Assembly (NCBI GenBank): GCA_965223905.1
Contig: CBDCXV010000011.1
Coordinates: forward strand, 1,184,001-1,248,000
Source: Candidatus Latescibacterota bacterium
Lineage (GTDB): Bacteria > Latescibacterota > UBA2968 > UBA8231
Reading direction: 5' to 3'
DNA: 64,000 nucleotides
Shown here: piece by piece, positions 1 to 9,679 of the stretch
Position numbering within the stretch: position 1 is the first letter of the stretch
Layout of the letters: each line of letters begins with the position of its first letter
Notes under the pieces: model-generated
Database searches by the model: none
Seen by the model: only the letters and a program-made list of their open reading frames with translations
What the model was told of the DNA's origin: nothing
Program-made: the position numbers and the translations under genes

Positions 1-1354
1 TTATGGATTTTCCTGTAACCACTTCAATAGTAGTTTCGATTAAACTTGAGTTTCTCTTTGCTCTACTTTTATGCACTGCGTTTTCAGGAGTAAAATGAAG
101 CGTCAGTGTGTGTCCATCAGAAGTCATGACACTGGTATTGCAAAGAGCATCGTACAGAGATTGTCGGGATTGCTTAAAAGTTTCTACGACCTTTATCCAG
201 TTTTCCTCCGAAAGGACAGTATTATTGGTCCCCACTTTATCCTTTGTTATAATTGTCCTGGACCTCCGAACCGATTTCTTCCCCTCAAGATAACGAATAC
301 AATCCTTAATCGACCTCGCATCGAATTCACCTCCAATTATGTGGCTATGGTTCCTTATAATTTCAGGTGCATCGGGAGAAGAGTTTTTATCGATGACAAC
401 GATAGCGGGGATTTCACCAAGAGGGTCATTTAAATTATCACTAATACCTTCCTCCAAAATTTGATTAATCTGTTCATCTCTAAATGAGTATCCGACAAAT
501 ATCAATTTGTCAGCCTCCGTTGATATGTCCTTGAGATCACCATAAAACGAGCCAAAGGGAAAGGGGACATCCTTTAATGATCGTCCTTTAAACCCCGGAT
601 ACAGTATTGCCATGTCTGCTGGATCGAAAAGTCTCCCGATTAAATCACTGCACTGTATTTCCTCGCCAACACGCCTCCAATTCGTTGATCCATGTAGCTT
701 TGTAAGACTGCCTTTCGTTCTTTCAGACCTAAATGATATCCGGCGCTCCATATTCAATACAGTTGTTCCCCCTGGCTTGGTCACCATCCCGTCTTCTATA
801 GGAAATTTATTATGAATTATGGTTCCCTCAAACACCTTGTCATAGTTTGTAGTGAAGATATTCAGAGGAAGAGATCCTATTCCCAAAAGGTTTTTAATAA
901 ACTCAGCCCAAAGATTGGTTTGATAAAATTCATCGCTATTATCCATCCCATATATTTCGTGAATTCTCTTCCATATCGAATTCCTTATATCCTTTAAGTC
1001 TGCTTCTGTCGATGCAGATTCATTCGGATTACAATACATCGTCTCATGATTAACGTCTTTCATCTTTGCACTCGTGGACATCATCCATCCTGGGAATTTT
1101 TGGGGATCTCTTATATCAGACAAGAGGTTTTCAAATTCTTGCATTTCCCATAGAACTTGCTCGATATCTACTATAACCTCCGTCCCTACGGTTCTATTTT
1201 TCCCCCGCAAAAACTCATATGCATTCTGAAACCAACGGGATCCCCAAATATCTGGTTCTTCTTCTTGGAGACGATGGAAAAACTCCACTGTAGTGGGAAA
1301 CTTCTCTTTATCCAAAGCATACGACCCTCCAGCGCCAACAAATAGCAAGATCAT
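1..1354 (-). CDS. SIR2-like (SIR2_2) NAD-binding protein, runs off the left window edge
   Basis: Absent from the ORF track, consistent with having no stop inside the window. Read by hand: MILLFVGAGGS start, IFTTNYD, TKLHGSTNW and LIFVGYSFRDEQIN, the standard SIR2_2 motifs. Confidence 0.85.
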   Translation of the reverse strand, partial: MILLFVGAGGSYALDKEKFPTTVEFFHRLQEEEPDIWGSRWFQNAYEFLRGKNRTVGTEVIVDIEQVLWEMQEFENLLSDIRDPQKFPGWMMSTSAKMKDVNHETMYCNPNESASTEADLKDIRNSIWKRIHEIYGMDNSDEFYQTNLWAEFIKNLLGIGSLPLNIFTTNYDKVFEGTIIHNKFPIEDGMVTKPGGTTVLNMERRISFRSERTKGSLTKLHGSTNWRRVGEEIQCSDLIGRLFDPADMAILYPGFKGRSLKDVPFPFGSFYGDLKDISTEADKLIFVGYSFRDEQINQILEEGISDNLNDPLGEIPAIVVIDKNSSPDAPEIIRNHSHIIGGEFDARSIKDCIRYLEGKKSVRRSRTIITKDKVGTNNTVLSEENWIKVVETFKQSRQSLYDALCNTSVMTSDGHTLTLHFTPENAVHKSRAKRNSSLIETTIEVVTGKSI

Positions 1355-1409
1355 AGAATTAGTCCCTTTCGCTATCGTTCCTTCTTCACAGCTCCCCAGC
1401 TTGGCGGGA

Positions 1410-1850
1410 TCACTGTAGTCGTAATCTCCATTCCCGCAGTTGTTCCCCCGTAATTCTACCCGCTAAAAACAGTTCTACTTGCTCAGCGAATTCCCTGGGT
1501 ATGGAAAGGAGATCCCTCACAACTCTAAGGTTGAACTCGCCTGAACTTGCAGGGAATAAGAACCACGTAGAATATCCCCTGGATACCGGATATCCTGCGG
1601 TTTCATAAAACCATCGAATCCCCAAAGAAGGGACAATTGCGCCGTTATCATGCTCCCACCCCAGCGCAATGACGGCCCATCTTTCATCTATGCTCTTGTC
1701 CACAACTACGTAGGTACGACCCCCTACCCTTCTCTGAGGAGAATCGATTTCCAATATCTGGTTGTCGTTCCTTATCGGGAACCTTCTTCCGCCGTCTTGT
1801 CTTGCCATTTGGTTCTTTTCTCTATCTTGACAGAGTTCTGCTCCTGTCAT
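1410..1850 (-). CDS. hypothetical protein
   Basis: 146-aa ORF with protein-like composition, co-oriented with the SIR2 gene. Confidence 0.6.
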   Translation of the reverse strand: MTGAELCQDREKNQMARQDGGRRFPIRNDNQILEIDSPQRRVGGRTYVVVDKSIDERWAVIALGWEHDNGAIVPSLGIRWFYETAGYPVSRGYSTWFLFPASSGEFNLRVVRDLLSIPREFAEQVELFLAGRITGEQLREWRLRLQ

Positions 1851-2071
1851 GGTCTCTGTTTCAGCCAGCCCCAGCTTGCCGAAGTCACGGCAGTCGGGAT
1901 TTCCGGAGTCTCTGTCTCTGGGAGCTCGGATATGATGTCATCCTTCACAACCGCCACTGCCCACCGGAAAGCGTCGTTATCTAATGTCGCAAAGTAGATC
2001 AACCCCGCTGGGTAATCCATTGATGGGTTGTAGTGAAAGACGGCGCGGAACACCGATGTAGCTGTTCCCAT
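1847..2071 (-). CDS. small hypothetical protein
   Basis: 74-aa ORF with an ATGA overlap into the next gene; lies downstream of a predicted promoter. Confidence 0.5.
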   Translation of the reverse strand: MGTATSVFRAVFHYNPSMDYPAGLIYFATLDNDAFRWAVAVVKDDIISELPETETPEIPTAVTSASWGWLKQRP

Positions 2072-2121
2072 TTCTACCGCCTTTTCCTAATCCAAATCCG
2101 TAAACGGACCTGATGATGACG

Positions 2122-2139
2122 TGTCGGTGTCCACCGACT
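2122..2139. promoter_or_regulatory. dyad site TGTCGGTG-TC-CACCGACT (copy 1 of 6)
   Basis: Inverted repeat with a 2-bp centre, just downstream of the minus-strand promoter at 2163-2191. Confidence 0.7.
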
Positions 2140-2162
2140 GACTGCCCATCCGTTCACCGATT

Positions 2163-2191
2163 ATGGTAGTATTTCTTTGCGCCGCTGTCAA
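2163..2191 (-). promoter_or_regulatory. sigma70-like promoter TTGACA-N17-TACCAT
   Basis: Perfect -35 box with 17-bp spacing, upstream of the 2071-1850-1354 gene run. Confidence 0.55.
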
Positions 2192-2437
2192 TCCCCTCCG
2201 TATTCGCGCCGTTGCGCTCGACGCGTGTTGCGGCCAAGTCGTGGGAGCAGTGGCGGGCACGGTTTCCCGTCTTCAATCCTTCTTGCCGGCGAATCAGGCC
2301 GATCCTACCAGCTAAAGGATAGGCGCAACGTATTACACCTACCCCTTTGGTCGGCACCTACCGGCTACGCCAGTGGTTCAAAACAATCTGAATTGCCTCA
2401 AGCGTTAGCTCCAATACCACGGCCAACCATCTTGGCA

Positions 2438-2806
2438 TCATGATTTACCACCCCCTTTCTGTGGTGTGTCGTCGTCCCCGTTCTTTTTGAACCTCCCACG
2501 GTTGTCTCGATCCCGAGACCTTGCTGCTTCGCTCCTCTCGCGGTTCTGTTCTTCCTGTCGCCGAGCTTCTTCTGGGTTAACCCCGTTTTGGATATCCGAC
2601 CCGGTTTCCGTTTTCCCAAACTCCCGCTTCACCACATTCAACCGCTCTTTCACCTTCCCCTTGATCCACTCGGAATGAGCTTTGTTGACAGCAAGATGGA
2701 AGAGGCGGACCCCCACCTCCCTGGCAACGACCACGGCGACAGCCGTTACTACTGGCTTCCAGGGTATGCCACTGTCCTTCTTTCCGTTCCTGCGTAATGG
2801 TTCCAT
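2438..2806 (-). CDS. hypothetical protein (hydrophobic N-terminal segment, RDNRGRF motif)
   Basis: 122-aa ORF with an AGGA RBS. Confidence 0.55.
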   Translation of the reverse strand: MEPLRRNGKKDSGIPWKPVVTAVAVVVAREVGVRLFHLAVNKAHSEWIKGKVKERLNVVKREFGKTETGSDIQNGVNPEEARRQEEQNRERSEAARSRDRDNRGRFKKNGDDDTPQKGGGKS

Positions 2807-2817
2807 GATGTTCCTTT

Positions 2818-3027
2818 CTACAGGTCTTTTGGCCTGCCGGTTTGTTTGCCCCCTATCTTTTCCGACAGAAGGTCGATGAGTTCCCGCACTCTATGTGTGG
2901 GAATTAACACTTCGTAGGTCCCGCCGTCGCTGCGGGAGCCTTGTATCGAGACACCAGGAGCATTGATCCAGGCGAGGAATTCGCACTTCTCAATGTCCCG
3001 TATCTGGATACAGCGATGTTCGTTCAT
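2818..3027 (-). CDS. small hypothetical protein
   Basis: 69-aa ORF with a GAGGTG RBS. Confidence 0.45.
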   Translation of the reverse strand: MNEHRCIQIRDIEKCEFLAWINAPGVSIQGSRSDGGTYEVLIPTHRVRELIDLLSEKIGGKQTGRPKDL

Positions 3028-3164
3028 ACGCAGTTCACCTCTTTGTTAGGAGATAGAAGATGGATACACGACTACCAGCCGATTTCAGAGACGAAATCGC
3101 CAAGAAACAGAGAAAGGAAATTCAGAGACTACGGAAGGAGAAGGAACAGCTACGGGAAGAGCAC

Positions 3165-3209
3165 AAAAAAGCCCCCGGATCGTCAGATACCGGGGGCGTG
3201 GTTTTTTTT
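3165..3209. terminator. bidirectional intrinsic terminator
   Basis: A6-GCCCCCGG...CCGGGGGC-GTGG-T8. Confidence 0.6.
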
Positions 3210-3228
3210 CTCTGGTGGGGAGGGTGAG

Positions 3229-3528
3229 TTAGGGATCGGAGTCGGAACCGTTTCCAGCTGCCTCGATTCTCTTGACCGCATTCTCGATTCTATGGATGGG
3301 CTTGACGGCATTCTCAACTCTCTTAAGTCTATCGAGGACAGACTTAATCTCTGAATGTCTTTCAAGCGTGATCCGTATTGTAGCCTCGAATAAATCTATA
3401 TGAGCATTAGCTTTTGAGATAGTCATATCGTGCGCGGAATAAAGCTGAACCAAGTTTCCTCTGATATGGTCTATATGCTTTAAAGTTTTAACTTCGAGAG
3501 GTTCTTCTTTTCTTCTTTCGTCTACCAT
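3229..3528 (-). CDS. hypothetical coiled-coil protein
   Basis: 99-aa ORF directly downstream of the YkvA gene. Confidence 0.55.
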   Translation of the reverse strand: MVDERRKEEPLEVKTLKHIDHIRGNLVQLYSAHDMTISKANAHIDLFEATIRITLERHSEIKSVLDRLKRVENAVKPIHRIENAVKRIEAAGNGSDSDP

Positions 3529-3541
3529 CGTTTCCCTTTCT

Positions 3542-3949
3542 CTATGCCTTTTCGGGTATCTGTGGCGGATTGTCGTCTGAATCGTCGGGTTTGATCTTCG
3601 GCTTGTCGTCTTTGTCTCCGAATAGCTCCTCCATCTTTTCGTCGGCTTGTATTCTGTGGATAAGCTTTATGCTTGCGGCAATGGTAAAGATTGCCCCGGC
3701 CAGCACTGCAAGATCGTCCTGGAAGCCTATGACGGGGAGGTAGTCGGGAATTAAGTCGAGGGGATTTATGAAATACGCGAGAGCCGCGAGCACCACTGCC
3801 TTAGCCTTGGCGGGTGTGTCTGGATCGGATAACACGTAATACAGGACAAGGGCTTTCGAGAGTAGATCCTTGGCGATTTTCTTAGCCAGCTTAGCAACGG
3901 CTTCGATCTTATCCCAAAAGGTTTCTTCCGAGTAGTTGGGATGTTCCAT
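3542..3949 (-). CDS. YkvA/DUF1232 family membrane protein
   Basis: Motif ALAYFINPLDLIPDYLPVIGFQDDLAVL. Confidence 0.9.
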   Translation of the reverse strand: MEHPNYSEETFWDKIEAVAKLAKKIAKDLLSKALVLYYVLSDPDTPAKAKAVVLAALAYFINPLDLIPDYLPVIGFQDDLAVLAGAIFTIAASIKLIHRIQADEKMEELFGDKDDKPKIKPDDSDDNPPQIPEKA

Positions 3950-4056
3950 GACTAATCCCTCCATCCTTTTTTTGCACCGCTCTTCTTGTCAGCTTCGTAT
4001 CCTATTTTGTTTCCCGTCAGCCCACCAATAGCACCTACCAAGATGCCAAGAGGAAC

Positions 4057-5631
4057 GGGTGTCTTAGCTGATTGTTACGGTTTCGGTGGTTGTTTTTAGG
4101 TTTTCTCGGTACTGCTGAAAGACCCGGTCAAGCGTTCCATTGTACAAGGCGCAGCGCAGGGCCAGAATGGCGTTGCTGTTTTCCTTATACCACCAAGCGC
4201 CCGACCGTTTCAGACGAACGTGGCCGATGAAGCGATGCGCCGATTCGATCGCCCCCGACCCGATCGGGTATCCGCCCTTGCGATGGCTGCCGAAATCGAC
4301 CTGGTGCAGTCGCTTTTGCAGGTAGGTCAAGGCCGTGCCGATGGCCTCTCCGGCCTCTTCCGAGAGCGGCTGCATGCGCTGCAGACCCCAGACCACGCCG
4401 CTGCCCTCGCCGCAGAACAGGCGCGCCAGGGTCGCTTCCAGCCAATGGGCAGCACGCGCCGCATCGGCGCCGTATTGGGCCTCGGCCACCGCGTGCAGGT
4501 AGCTGCTGCAATGGTAGTAGTCGAGGATCTGACGGGCGCTCGGGAACAGCTCTTCCACCCACTTCCAGATCCACGGAGCGCCATCTCCGATGGCACACAA
4601 GCGCACCTGATCCTCCGGGATCAGCCCCGCCTCCTTGACCTGGCGCAAGGCCGCGCCGAAGGCCTGTTCGTTGCCCATCTGGTGCCAGGAGATCAGCTGC
4701 TCGATGCGCTCATCGTCTATCAGGTAGAAGCGAAAGCCCTTGGCTTCGTGGTATTCCCCCTGCCAACGCCTTCGCCGAGCCCGGCTCTTCTTGCGTCCGG
4801 GACGGGTGCCTTTGGCGGTCTGGGGACGACTGGGCACGTCGGCCGCGTCGATGGCCAACACCACGATCGGCCGCCACTTGCGACCGGCGGCGGCTTGCGC
4901 AATGCGATCCTGGATATCGGCCGCGTCCGGACACACCTGCAGCACGTCCAACGACCCGGTCTGTTGCAGCACCTCGTGAATCACACAATCGCTCATCGAC
5001 GCGTCGGTGAGCTCGTCCAACAGTTCGGCGGCGCGCCGGTGGGGCATCTCCAGCCCCAGCTTGACCCCGGCCTGCTGCACGTCCCACTGCTTGCGCTGCG
5101 CCGACAGGCCCAGGGCCTCGTCCAGCGGATAGAACCCGTGGTGACAGCCAACGCAGTAGAAATAGGGACGCTCCAAGGTCACCGGCCCGAGCAGCGTCTC
5201 CACCGTGCGCGAGCGAGACGGGCGCGCTCGCAGCAGGCCTTTGCACTTGGGGCAGGCCGCCTCTTCCTGGGCCAGGAAATGGCCGTGGCGGCGTTCGACG
5301 AAGGCTTCCACCAAGGCCGCGGTGAGCCCGGAGCGCTCTTGAGACATCGCCGCGGTGATCTCCATCAACGTCGGCGCACAAGATCCGCGCTCGCTCATTT
5401 GCGTCTCCACCCGATCCAGCCATTGGTCCAAGGCTTCATGCGCCCGGCTTCGAAAGCGGTCCTGACTCTGCCGCTCCTGAAAAACTTCCAGAGAGAGAAT
5501 CGCACTCATCGCTCCCCTTCTTTCTGAAATCAGGGGAGCGCGCCGCAGGGGATGCGGAAAAAGAAAGCAACTTACTGTAAAATATACACATACGCACCTG
5601 AATTGCGCTATAACAATTACTTAAGACGCCC
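4057..5631 (-). mobile_element. ISKra4-family insertion sequence, 1575 bp
   Basis: Imperfect terminal IRs GGGTGTCTTAGCTGATTGTTA / GGGCGTCTTAAGTAATTGTTA. 8-bp TSD AGAGGAAC at 4049-4056 and 5632-5639. Confidence 0.9.
4064..5509 (-). CDS. ISKra4-family (UPF0236) transposase
   Basis: Zn-finger CPKC/CVGC, GDGAPWIW, ILDYYH and GYPIGSGAIES motifs. Confidence 0.9.
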   Translation of the reverse strand: MSAILSLEVFQERQSQDRFRSRAHEALDQWLDRVETQMSERGSCAPTLMEITAAMSQERSGLTAALVEAFVERRHGHFLAQEEAACPKCKGLLRARPSRSRTVETLLGPVTLERPYFYCVGCHHGFYPLDEALGLSAQRKQWDVQQAGVKLGLEMPHRRAAELLDELTDASMSDCVIHEVLQQTGSLDVLQVCPDAADIQDRIAQAAAGRKWRPIVVLAIDAADVPSRPQTAKGTRPGRKKSRARRRRWQGEYHEAKGFRFYLIDDERIEQLISWHQMGNEQAFGAALRQVKEAGLIPEDQVRLCAIGDGAPWIWKWVEELFPSARQILDYYHCSSYLHAVAEAQYGADAARAAHWLEATLARLFCGEGSGVVWGLQRMQPLSEEAGEAIGTALTYLQKRLHQVDFGSHRKGGYPIGSGAIESAHRFIGHVRLKRSGAWWYKENSNAILALRCALYNGTLDRVFQQYRENLKTTTETVTIS

Positions 5632-5758
5632 AGAGGAACTGTCGCGGTTATTCCCCACCCTCCAGAAGCTAATCCTATAGCGGAGCCGATCTTAGCCCCC
5701 GCTACGGCTCCTGTCAGCAGTCCAGCTATGGTTCCGGCTGCTTCTTTTTTCCGTGGCA

Positions 5759-6802
5759 TTATTCCTGACCTCCTATGATAGCCTTGAGTTCTCCCCAGGA
5801 GGTCTGTTCGATGGAAGTGGGAATGTCGGGAGTATCGTATTCCCATAGTTTTATAAGACTGTCTGTTCCGGCACTGGCAAGGTATCGGGAAGACATAGCG
5901 AGGGCCGTTAGTTCGTTAAATAAATACCCCTCTCTCCCCTCGTGATGTTCCAGGGTTGCAGTAGGTTCCCAGGTGACGGTGCTGAGTATTTCGATTGCCC
6001 ACGATTCAGCTAACGAAACTGCAAGCAAATTGCTATCTGGAGAGAATGACATTTCTCCAACTGGCTTGTTGAAATACGAAGATATTCCCCAGGTATTAGT
6101 GTCCCACACTTTGAGCCTATTGTTGTTGGATATGCTGGCAAGTAACCGGCCATCGGGAGAAAATTCAAGATTAGTGACATCCCAATGGTCTGAGCCCAAC
6201 AGGGTGACGATTTTCTCTCCTGTTTCTGTATTCCATATGTATATAATGTCGTCTGTTGTCCCTGTTGCCAGCATGTTTCCGCCAGGATGGAATGCCAAGA
6301 AAGAGAAATACGGACCGAATTGGTCTCGGGATATTTCCAGCTTAGTGTCGAAGGTTTCTGGATCTACAAGGTATACAATTATATCATTTCCGATTGCAAT
6401 GGTTTCCCCGTCTGAGGATAGCGAAATCAGCAGAAATTCTCTGTTGGCGGAATAGGTTTCTTCTTCAAGGTTGATAATTATTGACCTACCGGAACGCAGG
6501 AAATCCGCCCGACTGTCTCCTCCAAAATCGTTTCCGATACGCCCACTGTTTATTAAGAACTTGCCATCGCGTGAGAACGTCATATGACGCCCACCGGTAA
6601 GGTTGAGCGGTTCTATCTCTTCCTCTCCGGATTCGATATTCCAAATCCTGATTTTCCCACCCCCGGTGCTTGCCAGACGGTTTCCATCTGGCGAAAACGC
6701 CAGTGAGTTTGTTGCGTATAACGATGGAGTATCTGGAATAAGAAATTCTTTATCGGAGGCAGATACTGCGGCAGCCAGCAGACACAGCAGTAGAAACGTC
6801 AT
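5759..6802 (-). CDS. secreted WD40-repeat protein with C-terminal TSWGELK tail
   Basis: Signal peptide and repeated AFSPDG..LAS..IKLW units. Confidence 0.9.
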   Translation of the reverse strand: MTFLLLCLLAAAVSASDKEFLIPDTPSLYATNSLAFSPDGNRLASTGGGKIRIWNIESGEEEIEPLNLTGGRHMTFSRDGKFLINSGRIGNDFGGDSRADFLRSGRSIIINLEEETYSANREFLLISLSSDGETIAIGNDIIVYLVDPETFDTKLEISRDQFGPYFSFLAFHPGGNMLATGTTDDIIYIWNTETGEKIVTLLGSDHWDVTNLEFSPDGRLLASISNNNRLKVWDTNTWGISSYFNKPVGEMSFSPDSNLLAVSLAESWAIEILSTVTWEPTATLEHHEGREGYLFNELTALAMSSRYLASAGTDSLIKLWEYDTPDIPTSIEQTSWGELKAIIGGQE

Positions 6803-7396
6803 TTGTCGATCCTCTTGCCGCTATGTCAGAGAAAGAGAGCCGTAGCCGCTACGCCAGAGAGGCCATCCGTAACGTCGAGAAACCCAGCCTGGAGCTTTCG
6901 CTATCCGGAAACGGCGACTACGGGAACTGCGCGTGGGCGGCAGTAGGGAATCTCTCTCCCCGAGCAAGGTGAAAGTAATCCCCGGCTCCCATTGGAGCCG
7001 GGTCCTTGCAACCTTGCCACGCAGAGAGCGGGAAGTCCCACCTATTTACCAAGTCTCAGGGAGCTACCCCTCGACTGGAAAAAACTGGCTGTTTTATTCA
7101 GCGGGAGACCCGACAAGCAGGACTCCACGCAGCAAGATTGCGAAGGAGATAGTAAACCTTCATTGATAACGACACAAGGGGAAATCGGTTACGGGTATGA
7201 GCGGTGAAAGATTACACCGAGAAGTGCCAAATGAAGTGCCAAATTTGCACGGCGAAGACGACCTTTGACCGGCAGCCCGGGAAGTTGGCACGACTCTTTC
7301 CGAAGCCCGTGGTATTCTCCGAAGGAAAATTCTGAAGAAAGCGGCGAGCAGCGCGGAAGCGGAGCCGGAGGGACTTCGCCCCCCGGCCTGACGTGG

Positions 7397-8389
7397 TTAC
7401 TTCACCAGATTCCGATACAACAGCCGTTTCCCCACCATCCGGGCAACGACGTCTTCCATCTGCTCGATGGTGTCCTTGTCGCGGATGTTGTGCCTTCCGA
7501 CAAACTCGTCTACGTATCGCTGTAAGTGCTTGGGGGACATGGAGTGATAGGTTCCCTTGTATCCTCGCTTGATATTTGACCAGAAGCTTTCGATGCCGTT
7601 GGTGTGGGAACCATCGGTAGAGAACTGGCCTTTTGAGTGAATGACGAACTCGGATTTTCCCGGCCACTTGAAATCCTTCAAAGCACTTGCCCCGTCGCTG
7701 TAAAGGGTGCCGTTTACTCTCAGGTGCTTCCGGGCGAATGCTCTCAGAATGTCCGCAGTTTCCGCAGGAATTACGCTCGCTGCGACCTTGCCGGTTTTCC
7801 TGTCCTTCATACCGACGACGATGGTTTTTCCATCCATCCATCGTTCCCGCAGTTTCTTGTCGGCATGTTTGTTGGCCTCCTTTCCGCCTATATAGGCTTG
7901 GTCGATCTCGCCTCTCTTGCTTCTGAGCTTCTCTTGATCAGACCATGCCTCCCTGATGCGGTGCGCCATGAACCAGGCCGTTTTCTGCGTCACCCGGAGG
8001 TCCCGGTGTAGCTTCATGCTGGACACGCCTTTCAGGCTGGACAGGTGCAGGTAGATGGCAATTGCCCATTTTTGATACGAGATATGGGAGCATTCGAGCA
8101 CCGTTCCAGTGCGAACGGAGAACCGTTTGCGGCAGTCTCCGCACCAGTAAGCCTGCGGTTTGCGGTTCGGGCATTCGGAAATCATGCCGTAACATCCGCA
8201 ATGGGGGCAGTATATTTCCTTGGGCCATCGAACATCCTCGAACCACTGTTCCGCCGTTCTGTTGTCCGGGAACTTCTCGAACAGCTCGATCAGGGATACG
8301 CCTTTCCTGTCGTTCCTTCCCGGCCCTTCCGGTACAAGGCCTCTTCCGGCTTTCGACCAGCGGCCCAGGAATCGCTTCAATAGTTTCAT
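7397..8389 (-). CDS. IS1595-family (ISXO2-like) transposase, copy A
   Basis: CPHC..WCGDC Zn ribbon, KTAWFMAHRIRE, EIDQAYIGG, YSDG, HTNGIESFW and KHLQRYVDEF motifs. Confidence 0.92.
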   Translation of the reverse strand: MKLLKRFLGRWSKAGRGLVPEGPGRNDRKGVSLIELFEKFPDNRTAEQWFEDVRWPKEIYCPHCGCYGMISECPNRKPQAYWCGDCRKRFSVRTGTVLECSHISYQKWAIAIYLHLSSLKGVSSMKLHRDLRVTQKTAWFMAHRIREAWSDQEKLRSKRGEIDQAYIGGKEANKHADKKLRERWMDGKTIVVGMKDRKTGKVAASVIPAETADILRAFARKHLRVNGTLYSDGASALKDFKWPGKSEFVIHSKGQFSTDGSHTNGIESFWSNIKRGYKGTYHSMSPKHLQRYVDEFVGRHNIRDKDTIEQMEDVVARMVGKRLLYRNLVK

Positions 8390-8792
8390 GAGTTCCTTTC
8401 TGGTGAGAATGGGGGGGAGCGGGTTGTCGGGATCGAGTCCCCCGCGCAGGTCGTTCCGAGACCCCTGGCAGGTTGACAAACGGCTGCAACGGGTGTCCCG
8501 CTCCCCTATAGGTCTTTGGAAACTGCCGGATCTCCGCTCAGGTGATTGTGAACGGGAATGATCGAACAGGTTCCCTAATGACGGCGGACTTGAAGACTTC
8601 CCGAGGATGCACCAGGGAGGCCGTCTGGCTGCCTAATCGAGGTTATTTCGGGGGGGCGACTACCCGGTTCCGGGCACCGGGGTGGAGGACGACAAAAAAT
8701 CCCCTGTCGGCCATTCGAGACAGGCGGTTACGTCACCCGGGGTCACAAACGGTTACGGCCCGAATGCCCAGGTCAAACCGAAATCCTGAAAT

Positions 8793-8810
8793 TGTCGGTG
8801 TTCACCGACA
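8793..8810. promoter_or_regulatory. dyad site TGTCGGTG-TT-CACCGACA (copy 2)
   Basis: Perfect dyad upstream of transposase A; its flank is homologous to the flank of copy 6. Confidence 0.7.
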
Positions 8811-8890
8811 GTAGAAACAGGGTAGCGGTCAGCAGACCCGGGAAGGAATGACGCCTCCCCGGGCTCCCCTCTGAAGGGCACCGCCCTGTC

Positions 8891-9679
8891 CTACTTGCCC
8901 GATCCTGCCTCCGGGTTGTCGGTGTTTTCCCGGGATACAGGCGCTGCTGTCGTCCTTGCCTCGCCCGATCCCGGATCTTCGCTGTTTACCGAAAAGGCGC
9001 TGTGGGAGTATATCTGCTGCTGATCGACTGAAGTTGTTTCCTTGGGAGTCCCCTTTTCCTCAAGCTGGCGTTTGAGCTGCTTGTTTTCCTGGAGCAGCTC
9101 GGCGATCCTTTCCTCGGCAACGCGCAGTTCATCCTCGGTCTTGCGCAGTTCGGCAACTTCTTCCTCGGCTTTGCTCAGTTTTTTCCCGGTCTCGCGCAGC
9201 TTGTCGCGGAGCTGCTGAATCTCCTGCGGGGACTCGATTTCGACGGGAAGCGACGGAGTGCCTTCGCCGTCAGTGACTTCCTCCTGCTGCACGGATGAGG
9301 CTTTCCCTTCAGCCACATCGGGTTCGACCTCCCTGGCCGGCTCCTTGCGTTTCGAACGGGCAGGTTGCCAGGCCTTCAAAGCCTGATCCACCGAGTTAAA
9401 TTTCCCAATTTGGGATATTTCATCATACTGCTCTGAGAGCTTCATCCATCGATGGGCCGTGCTCGTGGGGATGCCGGCGGACTTCAGCCATTCCCCCCAC
9501 TTTCCATGCGGCAGCTCTTTTTTGACCTCGCACAACGCCCGGCCGCATTCCCAGACTTCCTTAATGGTGTTCCTGAAAAATCGATTGGCAGATTTCCAAT
9601 GCTCGATTGCCCGACTCTGAGCATCGCTCAGGTCGGAGTTTTCTGCTTTCGTCTCCATTTTTCCCGATTCCTGTTCCAT
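8891..9679 (-). CDS. DUF3102-domain protein with coiled-coil tail
   Basis: Motif WECGRALCEVKKELPHGKWGEWLK...STAHRWMKL. Confidence 0.8.
   Translation of the reverse strand: MEQESGKMETKAENSDLSDAQSRAIEHWKSANRFFRNTIKEVWECGRALCEVKKELPHGKWGEWLKSAGIPTSTAHRWMKLSEQYDEISQIGKFNSVDQALKAWQPARSKRKEPAREVEPDVAEGKASSVQQEEVTDGEGTPSLPVEIESPQEIQQLRDKLRETGKKLSKAEEEVAELRKTEDELRVAEERIAELLQENKQLKRQLEEKGTPKETTSVDQQQIYSHSAFSVNSEDPGSGEARTTAAPVSRENTDNPEAGSGK

Larger units (their letters stand above)
3952..5759 (-). pseudogene. glycine-zipper small membrane protein split by the ISKra4 element
   Basis: Removing 4057-5631 and one TSD copy restores MPRKKEAAGTIAGLLTGAVAGAKIGSAIGLASGGWGITATVPLGILVGAIGGLTGNKIGYEADKKSGAKKGWRD. 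Confidence 0.8.

Noticed and set aside
6920-7070. Cobalamin riboswitch (GGGAA, GCCAC...GGGAAG)
   Set aside because: Lacks the CCCGCAACTGT core and a proper B12 box, and is on the opposite strand to the adjacent gene.
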